DNA from: Pelagibacterales bacterium SAG-MED31
GTDB lineage: Bacteria; Pseudomonadota; Alphaproteobacteria; HIMB59; GCA-002718135
Direction: 5' to 3'
Length of the DNA: 64,000 nt
Assembly (NCBI GenBank): GCA_014653715.1
Contig: JACWEB010000001.1
Location: 4,525-68,524, forward strand
A model generated the notes under the pieces. It did no database searches and was not told the DNA's origin. It saw only the letters and a list, made by a program, of their open reading frames with translations. This document shows positions 1-9,148 of the stretch, in pieces (the first letter of the stretch is position 1; each line of letters starts with the position of its first letter). The position numbers were made by a program, and so were the translations under genes.

Positions 1-90
1 TTTTTTACATTAGGGTTAATGCTTGGTCTTTTAGTTTTTATTGGTGAAGCAGTGCGAGATGCTTTAGATCCAAGAAAGACTTTCAATTAA
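1..90 (+). CDS. C-terminal end of an ABC peptide-type permease (DppC/YejE-like), 5' part outside the window
   Basis: Frame 1 reads FFTLGLMLGLLVFIGEAVRDALDPRKTFN*. The EAxRDALDPR tail is typical of OppC/DppC-family permeases. The stop lies 1 nt before the fused ATPase gene. Confidence 0.6.
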   Translation, partial: FFTLGLMLGLLVFIGEAVRDALDPRKTFN

Positions 91-91
91 T

Positions 92-1666
92 ATGAGTCTT
101 ATTTCAATTAAAAATTTGAAGATTAGCTTTAAACAAAATCAAAATGTTGTTAACAATGTAAATATAGAAATACCAAAAGGTAAAACTGTTGCTATCGTTG
201 GGGAGTCTGGTTCTGGAAAAACATTATCTGCTCTAAGTATTTTAAAATTATTACCTGGAAATGCTAATATAAATAGTGGAAGTATAATATTTAAAGAAAA
301 AGATTTACTTCAACTTCCATTAAATGAAATTGAAAAAATTAGAGGAAATAAAATTTCTACAATTTTTCAAGAACCTATGTCTAGTCTTAACCCTTTGCAT
401 ACAATTGATAAACAAATTAAAGAGATGATTACAATTCACAATAAAAAAAATTTGGTAGAACTTAATGCTTCTGTTTTAAACTTACTAAAAGAAGTAAATT
501 TAGAAGATTTAATGAATAGACCAAATATTTATTCTTATGAACTTTCAGGCGGACAACGTCAAAGAGTAATGATCGCAATGAGTATAGCTAACAACCCAGA
601 TTTATTAATTGCTGATGAGCCCACAACTGCATTAGATGTAACTGTACAACAACAAATATTATCACTCCTAAATAAAATTCAAAAACAAAGAAAAATGTCA
701 ATTTTATTTATTAGTCATGACCTTGGAGTAGTTAATAAAATTGCAGATTATATTTATGTTATGAAAAATGGTGAAATTATTGAGCATGGAGAAAAACTTG
801 AAATTTTTAATAACCCAAAAAATCCATACACAAAGCAGTTAGTTGGGTTTCAGAATAAAATTAGAAAAATTCAAGAAAATAAAGAAATGGAAATTCTTAA
901 AATTAAAGATTTAAAGGTATGGTATCCTATTAAAAAAGGTATTTTTAAAAAAACGGTTGATTATGTTAAGGCCATAGATACAATTAATTTTTCCTTAAAG
1001 AAAAAAGAAACTCTAGGCATTGTGGGAGAATCTGGGTCAGGAAAAACTTCACTTGTTTTAGCTATTTTAAAATTAATAAGATCATCTGGAACAATAGAAT
1101 TTGATAAATTGGATTTAAATTTATTAAAAAAAAATAAACTTAAGAATATAAGAAAAAATATTCAAATTGTTTTTCAAGATCCTTTCTCCTCATTAAGTCC
1201 TAGAATGAATGTTCAGGAAATATTGAATGAAGGAATAGATGTTCACTTTCCAGAATATTCTCTTGTAGAAAAAAAACAAATATTAAAAGATATTTTAAAA
1301 GAAACAGGAATGGATTATGAACGAGATCATAATAAATACCCTCATGAGTTCTCAGGCGGTCAAAGACAAAGAATTGCAATTGCAAGAGCACTAATCTTAA
1401 AACCCAAAATACTGATTTTGGATGAACCCACCTCTGCATTAGATATCACAATACAAAATCAAATATTAGACTTACTTCAAAACTTACAAGAAAAATATTC
1501 TCTTAGCTATATTTTTATAAGTCATGATATGAATGTTATTAGATCTGTTTCAGATAAAATATTAGTTCTAAAAACAGGAAAATTAATTGAATATAACAAT
1601 GCCGAAATTGTATTTAATAACCCAAAAGATGAATATACTAAAAATTTAATTAGCTCAGTTGTTTAA
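92..1666 (+). CDS. yejF: Fused double-ATPase subunit of a peptide/microcin-type ABC importer (YejF-like)
   Basis: 524 aa with two complete ABC cassettes. Walker A GESGSGKT appears twice and signature LSGGQRQR twice. Oligopeptide-type C-terminal motifs (NPKNPYTKQL, NPKDEYTKNL) follow each cassette. Confidence 0.85.
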   Translation: MSLISIKNLKISFKQNQNVVNNVNIEIPKGKTVAIVGESGSGKTLSALSILKLLPGNANINSGSIIFKEKDLLQLPLNEIEKIRGNKISTIFQEPMSSLNPLHTIDKQIKEMITIHNKKNLVELNASVLNLLKEVNLEDLMNRPNIYSYELSGGQRQRVMIAMSIANNPDLLIADEPTTALDVTVQQQILSLLNKIQKQRKMSILFISHDLGVVNKIADYIYVMKNGEIIEHGEKLEIFNNPKNPYTKQLVGFQNKIRKIQENKEMEILKIKDLKVWYPIKKGIFKKTVDYVKAIDTINFSLKKKETLGIVGESGSGKTSLVLAILKLIRSSGTIEFDKLDLNLLKKNKLKNIRKNIQIVFQDPFSSLSPRMNVQEILNEGIDVHFPEYSLVEKKQILKDILKETGMDYERDHNKYPHEFSGGQRQRIAIARALILKPKILILDEPTSALDITIQNQILDLLQNLQEKYSLSYIFISHDMNVIRSVSDKILVLKTGKLIEYNNAEIVFNNPKDEYTKNLISSVV

Positions 1667-1670
1667 TTTA

Positions 1671-1728
1671 TGGCAGAGAGGGAGGGATTCGAACCCTCGA
1701 TAGTGTTTCCACTATACACGCTTTCCAA
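1671..1728 (-). repeat. 58-nt direct copy of the 3' part of tRNA-Ser(GGA), from the anticodon loop to CCA; att-like relic
   Basis: TGGCAGAGAGGGAGGGATTCGAACCCTCGATAGTGTTTCCACTATACACGCTTTCCAA matches 3384-3441 of the intact gene at 56/58 positions. Identity stops at the 5' edge of the anticodon loop. No matching 5' half follows. Confidence 0.85.
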
Positions 1729-1839
1729 AGATGTCTGCATGAACTTTGCTCTGTTCTCTTTTTTTCACATAACCAAGTATAACTTTCTAATTTCTTGATT
1801 TATTTTAACATGAATGAGATTAAATGAGAGATAAAAAAA

Positions 1840-1871
1840 GAGTTGAAGAGAATCGAAAGTGAGTTGAAAAA
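1840..1871 (+). repeat. Three tandem 10-11-nt units (GAGTTGAAGA / GAATCGAAAGT / GAGTTGAAAAA) in the left arm of the distal island
   Basis: Read directly from the sequence. The same motif family recurs at 2813-2834: GAATCGAAAGT versus GAGTCGAAAGT is 10/11, and AAGTGAGTTG versus AAGTGAGTCG is 9/10. Confidence 0.6.
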
Positions 1872-1984
1872 AATGAATATGTTTGATCTTTAAAATTTTA
1901 TTAAAATAAAGTTATAACTTATATTTAATATTGTGATTTATAAAAAAAGAGTATAATTTTATTTAAAAATAACATGGAGGCTAT

Positions 1985-2272
1985 ATGGCTGAAGGATATA
2001 AAGAAGTTGTAGCTAAGAGATCAATTTTTGGTCACATTTCTCGAATTCTATTTTGGGGCTTCAATATATTAATGATTATATGGATATTTGCTGGCTTTAA
2101 TTCTGCGACAGAGGGTATGGAAAACATGACCGATGCTGAAGCAGCTGGTACCGCAATAGGGACAGGAATTGGAGTTACCTTACTTGTGATTATATGGGTT
2201 ATTGGAGATATTATTCTGGGTCTTTTTTATCTTTTTACAAGACCAACAAGACAAATGGTGAAGGACGATTAA
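1985..2272 (+). CDS. Small two-TM membrane protein, unknown function (island cargo)
   Basis: 95 aa with a strong SD (GGAGG) 5 nt upstream of the ATG. It has two hydrophobic helices (ILFWGFNILMIIWIFAGF and IGVTLLVIIWVIGDIILGLFYLF) and a charged C-terminal tail, RPTRQMVKDD. Confidence 0.6.
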   Translation: MAEGYKEVVAKRSIFGHISRILFWGFNILMIIWIFAGFNSATEGMENMTDAEAAGTAIGTGIGVTLLVIIWVIGDIILGLFYLFTRPTRQMVKDD

Positions 2273-2274
2273 AT

Positions 2275-2802
2275 ATGACCAATTTAGGCAGGAAGAAAAT
2301 CTTATTTATTTTTTTCCTGTCTATCTTTTCTTTTGTATGTAATGCAAATGAAAACCAAATAAATTTTATAAAAATAATTAATGATTTTCGTGCAGGATTT
2401 TCTTCCAATTATAATGATTTAAAAGTTAATAAAATACTTCTTGACAGAAATGAATTGCTTTGTGGTACCACCCCACCAATAATTAATAACTGGAAGGGTA
2501 AAATTAAGGAGATAACAACAAACATGCAGGGAAAAGGTATTTTATCTGTAATAATTGACAAAGGTATATTTATACAAACATGGAATAATGCATTTTCAGA
2601 TTTGTTTGATAATACTCTTATTGAAACAGACTCTAAAGTATATACTCAACTCTTAGAATTAAATAAGGGAGACTCAATTTTATTTAGTGGAGATTTTATA
2701 GAAAATTCAAGTGAATGTTTTGGAACTCAAAATTTAACTAATAAATCTAAAATTTCTAAACCAGAATTTACATTTATATTTACAAATATTTTAAAAAATT
2801 AA
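2275..2802 (+). CDS. Secreted/periplasmic protein of unknown function (island cargo)
   Basis: The in-frame ATG at 2275 gives MTNLGRKKILFIFFLSIFSFVCNANE..., a classical signal peptide. It starts 2 nt after the stop of the preceding ORF. The track's longer 2194 start overlaps that ORF and lacks a signal peptide. Confidence 0.6.
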   Translation: MTNLGRKKILFIFFLSIFSFVCNANENQINFIKIINDFRAGFSSNYNDLKVNKILLDRNELLCGTTPPIINNWKGKIKEITTNMQGKGILSVIIDKGIFIQTWNNAFSDLFDNTLIETDSKVYTQLLELNKGDSILFSGDFIENSSECFGTQNLTNKSKISKPEFTFIFTNILKN

Positions 2803-2812
2803 TTCAATAAGT

Positions 2813-2834
2813 GAGTCGTATTAGAGTCGAAAGT
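2813..2834 (+). repeat. Two tandem 11-nt units (GAGTCGTATTA / GAGTCGAAAGT) in the right arm of the distal island
   Basis: Read directly. Same orientation and motif family as 1840-1871. Ends 22 nt before the 26-nt tRNA fragment. Confidence 0.6.
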
Positions 2835-2856
2835 TATATAATTTTATTTGATAAAT

Positions 2857-2882
2857 TGGCGGAGAGAGAGGGATTCAAACCC
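2857..2882 (-). repeat. 26-nt direct copy of the extreme 3' end of tRNA-Ser(GGA) (acceptor 3' strand plus T-loop); att-like relic
   Basis: TGGCGGAGAGAGAGGGATTCAAACCC versus TGGCGGAGAGAGAGGGATTCGAACCC at 3384-3409 (25/26). Similarity ends inside the T-arm. Confidence 0.75.
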
Positions 2883-3383
2883 CAAGGGAAAGGGAGGTTC
2901 TTAGTTTATTTTTTAATAATTTTTAAAGTGGGTTAAATGACCCACTTTAAAAATATTCTATTAAAGAACTTTTAATAAGCCTTCATCATCAATCATTGCT
3001 TCAACTTGTGGGAAAGTACACATTGGCGCCCAACTCATCATGAAGCCGTGAAGTTTTTCATGACTTTCTGCATCTACGATTACATAACCATAGCCACTTG
3101 CTGCATTATGAACTCTAGCAATTTTAGTTACTCCTTCAGGAAATTCACCATCTCTTTCCTCCTGAGTCATATTTTTATAATACTCTTGTGCAGCTAATTT
3201 CTTATCATCATATAAAACGTATTTTAAGTGATATAACATTCTTAATCCTTTCAATTTAATTATGATAGATTATCCTAACACTAACCAATAGGGATGTTTA
3301 GATAAAATATCATCTCAAGTGTGACCTATAAGTGACCAAAACCATATTTATTGAAAAATCGTTAAAGAAAAACAACTAATTTA
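2883..3383. mobile_element. tRNA-proximal mini-island (about 0.5 kb) between the 26-nt fragment and the intact tRNA-Ser
   Basis: Bounded by direct tRNA 3'-end repeats. It holds a single small ORF on the minus strand, a perfect hairpin (2923-2950) and a GTGACC-N5-GTGACC repeat (3321-3337). Confidence 0.5.
2961..3239 (-). CDS. Small cytoplasmic protein, possibly DUF3303-like; function unknown
   Basis: The ATG at 3239 (MLYHLKYVLYDD...) is preceded by AAAGGA. The track's start at 3254 is a TTG inside that SD. Size (about 92 aa) and the PEG...G.G...W...P pattern recall the DUF3303 family from memory only. Confidence 0.45.
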   Translation of the reverse strand: MLYHLKYVLYDDKKLAAQEYYKNMTQEERDGEFPEGVTKIARVHNAASGYGYVIVDAESHEKLHGFMMSWAPMCTFPQVEAMIDDEGLLKVL

Positions 3384-3473
3384 TGGCGGAGAGAGAGGGA
3401 TTCGAACCCTCGATAGTGTTTCCACTATACACGCTTTCCAAGCGTGCTGATTAAACCACTCTCACATCTCTCC
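3384..3473 (-). tRNA. tRNA-Ser (anticodon GGA), class II with long variable arm, CCA encoded
   Basis: The reverse complement folds as a cloverleaf: acceptor GGAGAGA/TCTCTCC, anticodon stem CACGC/GCGTG with loop TTGGAAA, variable arm ATAGTG-GAAA-CACTAT, T arm GAGGG-TTCGAAT-CCCTC, then G-CCA. Confidence 0.95.
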
Positions 3474-3486
3474 ATAAAAAAATTTA

Positions 3487-5289
3487 TTAGTTTTCATTCA
3501 TTTTTAATGCATTCAAAAAGGCATTTTGTGGAATATCAACTTTTCCAAATTGTCTCATTCGCTTTTTTCCTTTTTTTTGCTTATCAAGAAGTTTATTTTT
3601 ACGAGTAACATCACCGCCGTACAGTTTTTGTGTTACATCTTTTCTAAATGAAGCAACTGTTTCTCTAGCTATAATTTTTCCTCCAATAGCAGCTTGAATA
3701 GCAACCTTGAATTGCTGTCTTGGTATTAAGTTTTTCAGACGTTCACATAAAGCTCTTCCCCTTGATTGGGATCTATCTTTATGAACAATTAATGATAAAG
3801 CATCAACAGGATCTCCATTAATCATTATACTAACTTTAACTAAATTATTTACTTCATAACCTACTAATTCATAATCAAAACTTGCATAACCTTTAGTTAT
3901 TGATTTTAATCGATCATAAAAATCAAATACTACTTCATTCAAAGGAAGTTTATATTCAACCATTGCTCTTGTGCCTGCATAATTAAGATTTATTTGAATT
4001 CCTCTTTTTGATGTACATAATTCTAATACAACTCCTAAATATTTATCGGGAACAATAATTGTAGCTTTTATCCAGGGTTCCTCAATTGTATCAATTTTTA
4101 CTGGGTCCGGCATATCAGTGGGATTATGCAAATCGACAACCGATCCATCATTCATATTAATTTTATAAACAACAGAAGGCGCTGTAGTAACAAGCTCAAG
4201 ATTAAACTCTAAATCAAATCTATCTCTTATAATCTCCAAATGAAGTAGTCCTAAAAAACCACATCTAAAACCATAACCAAGGGCCGGGCTAACTTCTGGC
4301 TCATAAGAAAAGCTTGAGTCATTTAAAGCAAGTTTAACCATACTGTCTCTTAAGTGCTCATAGTCATCTGAATCTACTGGAAACATTCCACAAAAAACGA
4401 CTGGTTGAGAAGGTTTAAAACCAGGCAGAGGTTCTGTTGTAGGATTTTTTTCTTCTGTAATTGTATCACCTACCTTGCAATCTGATACACTTTTAATTCC
4501 TGAATTAATAAAACCTATTTCTCCAGGACCTAAAGTATCTACCTCAGTCGGTTTTGGTGAAAAAATACCTACTCTATCAATTGTGTGTGTAGCGCCTGCA
4601 GCCATAAACCTAATTTTTTGATTTTTTTTCAACTGGCCATTAATTACTCTTACCAAAACAATCACTCCAAGATAACTGTCATACCAGCTATCAACGAGCA
4701 TACATTTTAGTGGCTCATCTGATGTTCCTTTGGGAGAAGGCAGATCCGTAACAATTTTTTCTAATAATTCTTCAACGCCTTGGCCTGTTTTAGCTGAAAC
4801 TAATGATGCATCAGATGCATCAATCCCAAGAACATCTTCAATTTGTTCCTTAATTTTTTCAGGTTCTGATGAAGGAAGGTCGGCCTTATTTAATACTGGT
4901 AAAATTTCATGATCATTATTAATTGCTTGATAGGCATTAGCAAGTGTTTGCGCTTCAACCCCCTGAGTTGAGTCAACAATTAAAAGAGAACTTTCACAAG
5001 CAGCTAGTGATCTTGATACTTCATAAGCAAAGTCTACATGTCCAGGAGTATCCATAAGATTTAAAATATATTTCTTTCCATCTTTAGAGGTATAATTAAG
5101 ACAAACTGTTTGAGCTTTAATTGTTATTCCACGCTCTCTCTCTAATTCCATTGAGTCCAGAACTTGTTCTTTCATTTCTCTACCAGATAAGCCTCCACAA
5201 AATTGAATAAGTCTGTCTGCCAACGTTGATTTTCCATGATCAATATGCGCAACTATAGAAAAATTTCTAATGCTTGAGAGATCTTTCAT
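3487..5289 (-). CDS. lepA: Elongation factor 4 (LepA)
   Basis: 600 aa. GTPase motifs [17 protein letters not shown] and NKAD, plus the LepA-specific C-terminal domain. Confidence 0.97.
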   Translation of the reverse strand: MKDLSSIRNFSIVAHIDHGKSTLADRLIQFCGGLSGREMKEQVLDSMELERERGITIKAQTVCLNYTSKDGKKYILNLMDTPGHVDFAYEVSRSLAACESSLLIVDSTQGVEAQTLANAYQAINNDHEILPVLNKADLPSSEPEKIKEQIEDVLGIDASDASLVSAKTGQGVEELLEKIVTDLPSPKGTSDEPLKCMLVDSWYDSYLGVIVLVRVINGQLKKNQKIRFMAAGATHTIDRVGIFSPKPTEVDTLGPGEIGFINSGIKSVSDCKVGDTITEEKNPTTEPLPGFKPSQPVVFCGMFPVDSDDYEHLRDSMVKLALNDSSFSYEPEVSPALGYGFRCGFLGLLHLEIIRDRFDLEFNLELVTTAPSVVYKINMNDGSVVDLHNPTDMPDPVKIDTIEEPWIKATIIVPDKYLGVVLELCTSKRGIQINLNYAGTRAMVEYKLPLNEVVFDFYDRLKSITKGYASFDYELVGYEVNNLVKVSIMINGDPVDALSLIVHKDRSQSRGRALCERLKNLIPRQQFKVAIQAAIGGKIIARETVASFRKDVTQKLYGGDVTRKNKLLDKQKKGKKRMRQFGKVDIPQNAFLNALKMNEN

Positions 5290-7685
5290 TATTTTCTAAG
5301 ACTTGCTTTAAAGCTAGTGATAATTAAATCTATAATTTGATTTGATATATTTTCTATCTCTTCATCACTAAATGTTTTTTCCAAAGGCTGAAGTAAAACT
5401 CTAATTGCTATACTTTTTGAATTCTCATTTATTTTTTCACCTTCATAAACATCAAAAATTGAAACTTTATTGATAATTTTTTTGTCAATTTTTTTAATTT
5501 TATTTATCAAATCTATTGCCTTAACTGATTTTGGCACTATAAAAGCATAGTCTCTCTCAACAACTTGAAATGGATTATTATCAAAAGCAGATACAGTTGA
5601 TGTTTTTTTACTTTGAAATTGTGCCAATGTTTTAGTAAATATTTCAAAAGCCACAACTGCATTTGATATATCAAGTGATTTTAATAATATTGGATTAAGT
5701 TCACCAAAATTGGCAATTATATTTTTTCCAATACGTAAAGAGGAAGACTTACCAGGGTGAAAAACTTTATTATTAATCGCTTCATAATTTAGATTATCTA
5801 CAGGTGTATTAAGTGATTTTAAAATTCTCATAAGGTCTGATTTAATAGCAAACACATCAAAGTCTTTTTTTTCTGAGTTCCAATTATTTCCAGAAATATT
5901 TCCATATGCAATACCCGTAGCAACATTAACTTGCCTATCATCGAAAGTTTCGTCAAATATAGGCCCTACCTCAAATATTTTACAACTAAATATCATTTTT
6001 GATTTATTTAAATTTATAGCAGTCAATAAATTAGGAATATTAGATGGTCGCATCACATTAAGATCAGCGCTAATAGGGTTTTTAATTTTAATAACATTAT
6101 CAGACAGCAATTTAGCAACCTTTTCATCCATAAAAGACCATGTTACCGCCTCTACATATCCTGTATTAGCAATTGATCTTTTTATTTTATAAAAAGATTT
6201 AAGTTCTGAGCTTAAAATAGCTTTCTTATCAGCATGATCACTGACATTGGTTAAAGGTATTTGATTAAAACCATATATTCGTAAAATTTCTTCAACAATA
6301 TCCGCTTCACCCTCTATATCAGGTCTAAAACTTGGAACGGTTATATTAAAAAGATTATCTCTTTCTGACACATTAAACCCTAGAGACTCTAAAATAGTTT
6401 TCTGATTATCTTTTGGAACATCAACTCCACCTAATGATTTTATTTTATCTGTATTAAAATCAAATGTATGCTGTCTATCTTCTAAAATTGGCGTTTGAAC
6501 TGGTTTGCTAGCCTCTCCACCACATAAATCTAATATCATTTTTGTTGCTGCTTGCACCCCCCACTTTATTGAAGTTGGATCAATTCCTCTCTCAAATCTA
6601 TATCTTGCATCACTTTGTAACTTTAGATGTCTTCCTGTTTTAGTAACTGAAATTGGATCAAATAAAGCTGTTTCAAGAAAAACATTCTTCGTATCCAGAC
6701 TACAACCACTATCAAGTCCTCCCATGATACCTCCAATACCATGGAGTTTTTTATTATCAGAAATGACAATCATATCTGATATGCATTCTCTATTTTCTTC
6801 ATCAAGAGTTAAACAATGTTCATTTTCTTTTGCATACCGCATTTTTAAATTACCATTGATCTTATCAGCGTCATAAACATGCAAAGGTCTTCCTAAGTCA
6901 TAAGTGATATAATTGGTGATATCAACAAGAGCAGAAATTGGTCTTAGACCAATTGCTTTCAATCGTTGCTGTAACCAAGTTGGACTTTCTTTATTTGTAA
7001 CATTTTTAAAATACCTTCCTGCTACACCAGGACAAATATATTCCTCATCACCAATAAAATCTTTTTCCCATTGAACAGGACTATCAAAAGTACCTTCAAT
7101 ATTTTTAATTAAAGTATTTTCTTTTAATTCTCCTAATCCTGCTGCTGCCAAGTCTCTAGCAACACCTCTAACAGAAAGACAATCTCCTCTATTGGGTGTA
7201 ATATTTATTTCGATAACAGGATCATCTAGATTAAATACTTCAATAAATTTTTCTCCTAATGAATATTTTGAGTCAACTTCAATTATACCATCATGCTCGT
7301 CAGATATTCCCATTTCTCGCTCTGAAACAAGCATGCCGCATGACTCTACGCCTCTAATTTTAGATTTTTTTAATTTAACTCCTGTTCCAGGAATAAAACT
7401 ATTTTCAGGTGCAAAAATACCTTTCATTCCTTCTCGAGCATTAGGTGCGCCACAAACCACCTGAAATGTTCCATCAATTGATTTTACAGTACAAACTTTG
7501 AGTCTATCTGCATCAGGATGTTTTTCAGCTTTAAGCACTTCAGCAACAGTAAAGTCATTAAAATCTTTTGATTTATCTTCAACACTTTCAATTTCAAGAC
7601 CTATATTAGTTAAGGTATCAACGATTGTATCAAGATCTTTATTCGTATCTAAGTGATCTTTTAACCAACTAAGTGTAAATTTCAT
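5289..7685 (-). CDS. pheT: Phenylalanine--tRNA ligase beta subunit
   Basis: 798 aa. N-terminal [12 protein letters not shown] and a tRNA-binding OB fold, with B3/4 and B5 regions. Follows pheS. Confidence 0.97.
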   Translation of the reverse strand: MKFTLSWLKDHLDTNKDLDTIVDTLTNIGLEIESVEDKSKDFNDFTVAEVLKAEKHPDADRLKVCTVKSIDGTFQVVCGAPNAREGMKGIFAPENSFIPGTGVKLKKSKIRGVESCGMLVSEREMGISDEHDGIIEVDSKYSLGEKFIEVFNLDDPVIEINITPNRGDCLSVRGVARDLAAAGLGELKENTLIKNIEGTFDSPVQWEKDFIGDEEYICPGVAGRYFKNVTNKESPTWLQQRLKAIGLRPISALVDITNYITYDLGRPLHVYDADKINGNLKMRYAKENEHCLTLDEENRECISDMIVISDNKKLHGIGGIMGGLDSGCSLDTKNVFLETALFDPISVTKTGRHLKLQSDARYRFERGIDPTSIKWGVQAATKMILDLCGGEASKPVQTPILEDRQHTFDFNTDKIKSLGGVDVPKDNQKTILESLGFNVSERDNLFNITVPSFRPDIEGEADIVEEILRIYGFNQIPLTNVSDHADKKAILSSELKSFYKIKRSIANTGYVEAVTWSFMDEKVAKLLSDNVIKIKNPISADLNVMRPSNIPNLLTAINLNKSKMIFSCKIFEVGPIFDETFDDRQVNVATGIAYGNISGNNWNSEKKDFDVFAIKSDLMRILKSLNTPVDNLNYEAINNKVFHPGKSSSLRIGKNIIANFGELNPILLKSLDISNAVVAFEIFTKTLAQFQSKKTSTVSAFDNNPFQVVERDYAFIVPKSVKAIDLINKIKKIDKKIINKVSIFDVYEGEKINENSKSIAIRVLLQPLEKTFSDEEIENISNQIIDLIITSFKASLRK

Positions 7686-7691
7686 ACCAGC

Positions 7692-8753
7692 TTAAATTTC
7701 CGATCTTGTTTTTAAATCTAATGGAGAAAATCCATAATGATCTAACCACTTAATATTTAAGTCAAACAGACCACGCATATCTGTTATTCCATACTTCAAC
7801 ATTGAGAGCCGCTCTATTCCCATTCCAAAAGCAAAACCTTGGTAAACGGAAGAGTCTATATTACAGTTTTCCAAAACTTTTGGATTAACCATTCCGCATC
7901 CTAAAATCTCTAACCAATCATCTCCTTCACCAATTTTTAGAACGTTATTTTTTTTTGTATAAGCAACATCCATTTCAGCACTTGGTTCAGTGAAGGGAAA
8001 GTAGCTTGGTCTAAATCGGTATTTTAAATTATCAATCTCAAAAAATTCTTTTAAAAATAAAATTAGTGTTGATTTTAAATCTGCCATTGTAGCATCTTCA
8101 TTTACTACCAGTCCTTCTACTTGATGAAACATTGGCGTATGTGTAGAATCAGAGTCACTTCGGTAGGTTCTTCCAGGTACAATAATTTTTATTGGAGGTT
8201 TGGAGTTCAACATTGTCCTAACTTGAACGGGACTTGTGTGCGTTCTTAAAACACTATCTTCCCCGTTACTATTATTTATGTAAAAGGTATCTTGCATCTC
8301 ACGCGCAGGATGATGATAGGGTATATTTAATGCAGAAAAATTATTAAAATCACTCTCAATATCTGGCCCTGCTTCAACTGAATAGTTTAAATTTCCAAAA
8401 ATCTCAGTAATGCTAAAGATTGTTTGTGAGATAGGGTGAATTTTACCTATTACTTCTTCAGTATGGGGTAACGTAACATCAATACTCTCATTTTTTAGTT
8501 TTTGTTCTAGCTCTGTATTTTCAATTAAAATTTTGTGATTATTAATCGAAACTTCAATAAACGTTTTTAACTTATTTAATTCCTGCCCTTTAATTTTCTT
8601 TTGATCAATCGGCAACTTACTTAAAAACTTCATTTCAGATGGTAATAATCCTTTTTTACCAAGATACTCTAAACGTATAACCTCTAGTTCTTGTAAAGTT
8701 TTACAATTGTCGATCTTCTTTTTAATATCTACAGTATCAACTGATAAAGACAT
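7692..8753 (-). CDS. pheS: Phenylalanine--tRNA ligase alpha subunit
   Basis: 353 aa. Class II aaRS motifs FRPSYFPFTEPS and GFAFGMGIERL. Confidence 0.97.
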   Translation of the reverse strand: MSLSVDTVDIKKKIDNCKTLQELEVIRLEYLGKKGLLPSEMKFLSKLPIDQKKIKGQELNKLKTFIEVSINNHKILIENTELEQKLKNESIDVTLPHTEEVIGKIHPISQTIFSITEIFGNLNYSVEAGPDIESDFNNFSALNIPYHHPAREMQDTFYINNSNGEDSVLRTHTSPVQVRTMLNSKPPIKIIVPGRTYRSDSDSTHTPMFHQVEGLVVNEDATMADLKSTLILFLKEFFEIDNLKYRFRPSYFPFTEPSAEMDVAYTKKNNVLKIGEGDDWLEILGCGMVNPKVLENCNIDSSVYQGFAFGMGIERLSMLKYGITDMRGLFDLNIKWLDHYGFSPLDLKTRSEI

Positions 8754-8784
8754 ATGATTAGTATAAATTATTAAAAATTAAATA

Positions 8785-9138
8785 CTAGTTAGCTGATTGG
8801 GCTTTTTCCACCAAAGCTTTAAAAGCATCTGGTTGATTAACTGCCAATTCTGCTAAAATTTTTCTATCAATTTCTACAGATGATTTTTTAAGCCCTGAAA
8901 TAAACTGAGAATATGTCATACCGTGCAATCTAACACCTGCATTAATTCTCTGGATCCACAGACCTCTAAAATCACTTTTTCTTTTTCTTCTATCACGATA
9001 TGCATATTGCATTCCTCGCTCAACTGCCTGAACAGCTACTCTAAATACATTTTTTCGTCTTCCGTAGTAACCTTTGGCTCTTTTTAATACCTTCTTATGT
9101 CTTGCTCTTGCTGTAACGCCTCTTGAAACTCTTGCCAT
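8785..9138 (-). CDS. rplT: 50S ribosomal protein L20
   Basis: 117 aa, [26 protein letters not shown]... Confidence 0.98.
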   Translation of the reverse strand: MARVSRGVTARARHKKVLKRAKGYYGRRKNVFRVAVQAVERGMQYAYRDRRKRKSDFRGLWIQRINAGVRLHGMTYSQFISGLKKSSVEIDRKILAELAVNQPDAFKALVEKAQSAN

Positions 9139-9148
9139 TGTTAAACTC

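Larger units (their letters stand above)
1729..2856. mobile_element. Distal mini-island (about 1.1 kb) bounded by tRNA-Ser 3'-end repeats; integrase-less remnant or cis-mobilisable cassette
   Basis: Flanked by the 58-nt (1671-1728) and 26-nt (2857-2882) tRNA fragments. Phased GAnTyGAA repeats sit near both ends. It contains two ORFs of unknown function. Confidence 0.55.

Noticed and set aside
1671-1760. Possibility that the 58-nt tRNA-like segment is a second intact tRNA-Ser gene.
   Set aside because: Similarity to the real gene stops at the anticodon loop. The following sequence cannot form the anticodon 5' stem, the D-arm or a complementary acceptor 5' strand.
2194-2274. Upstream extension of the secreted-protein ORF (track start 2194). 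Similar 5' extensions occur for ahcY (41055), the 97-aa ORF (3254) and ihfB (30391).
   Set aside because: The extensions overlap the preceding gene or its SD and add non-conserved residues. Better-placed ATG starts with SD-like sequences exist downstream at 2275, 40980, 3239 and 30394.
2923-2950. Perfect hairpin TTAAAGTGGGT-loop-ACCCACTTTAA considered as a rho-independent terminator.
   Set aside because: On neither strand is the stem followed by a U-tract: T runs precede it and A runs follow it on both strands. It is kept only as an unexplained inverted repeat within the proximal island.
6505-6876. Long ORFs antisense to well-supported genes. Examples: 6505-6876 in pheT, 7192-7464, 13277-13642, 24436-24747, 27367-27642, 28338-28646, 35056-35331, 53673-53957 and 62670-63056 in dnaN.
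   Set aside because: Each lies entirely inside a strongly supported conserved gene on the opposite strand. Their translations are low-complexity (S/L/F/I/P-rich) with no recognisable motifs, SD sequences or independent spacers. These are typical shadow ORFs.
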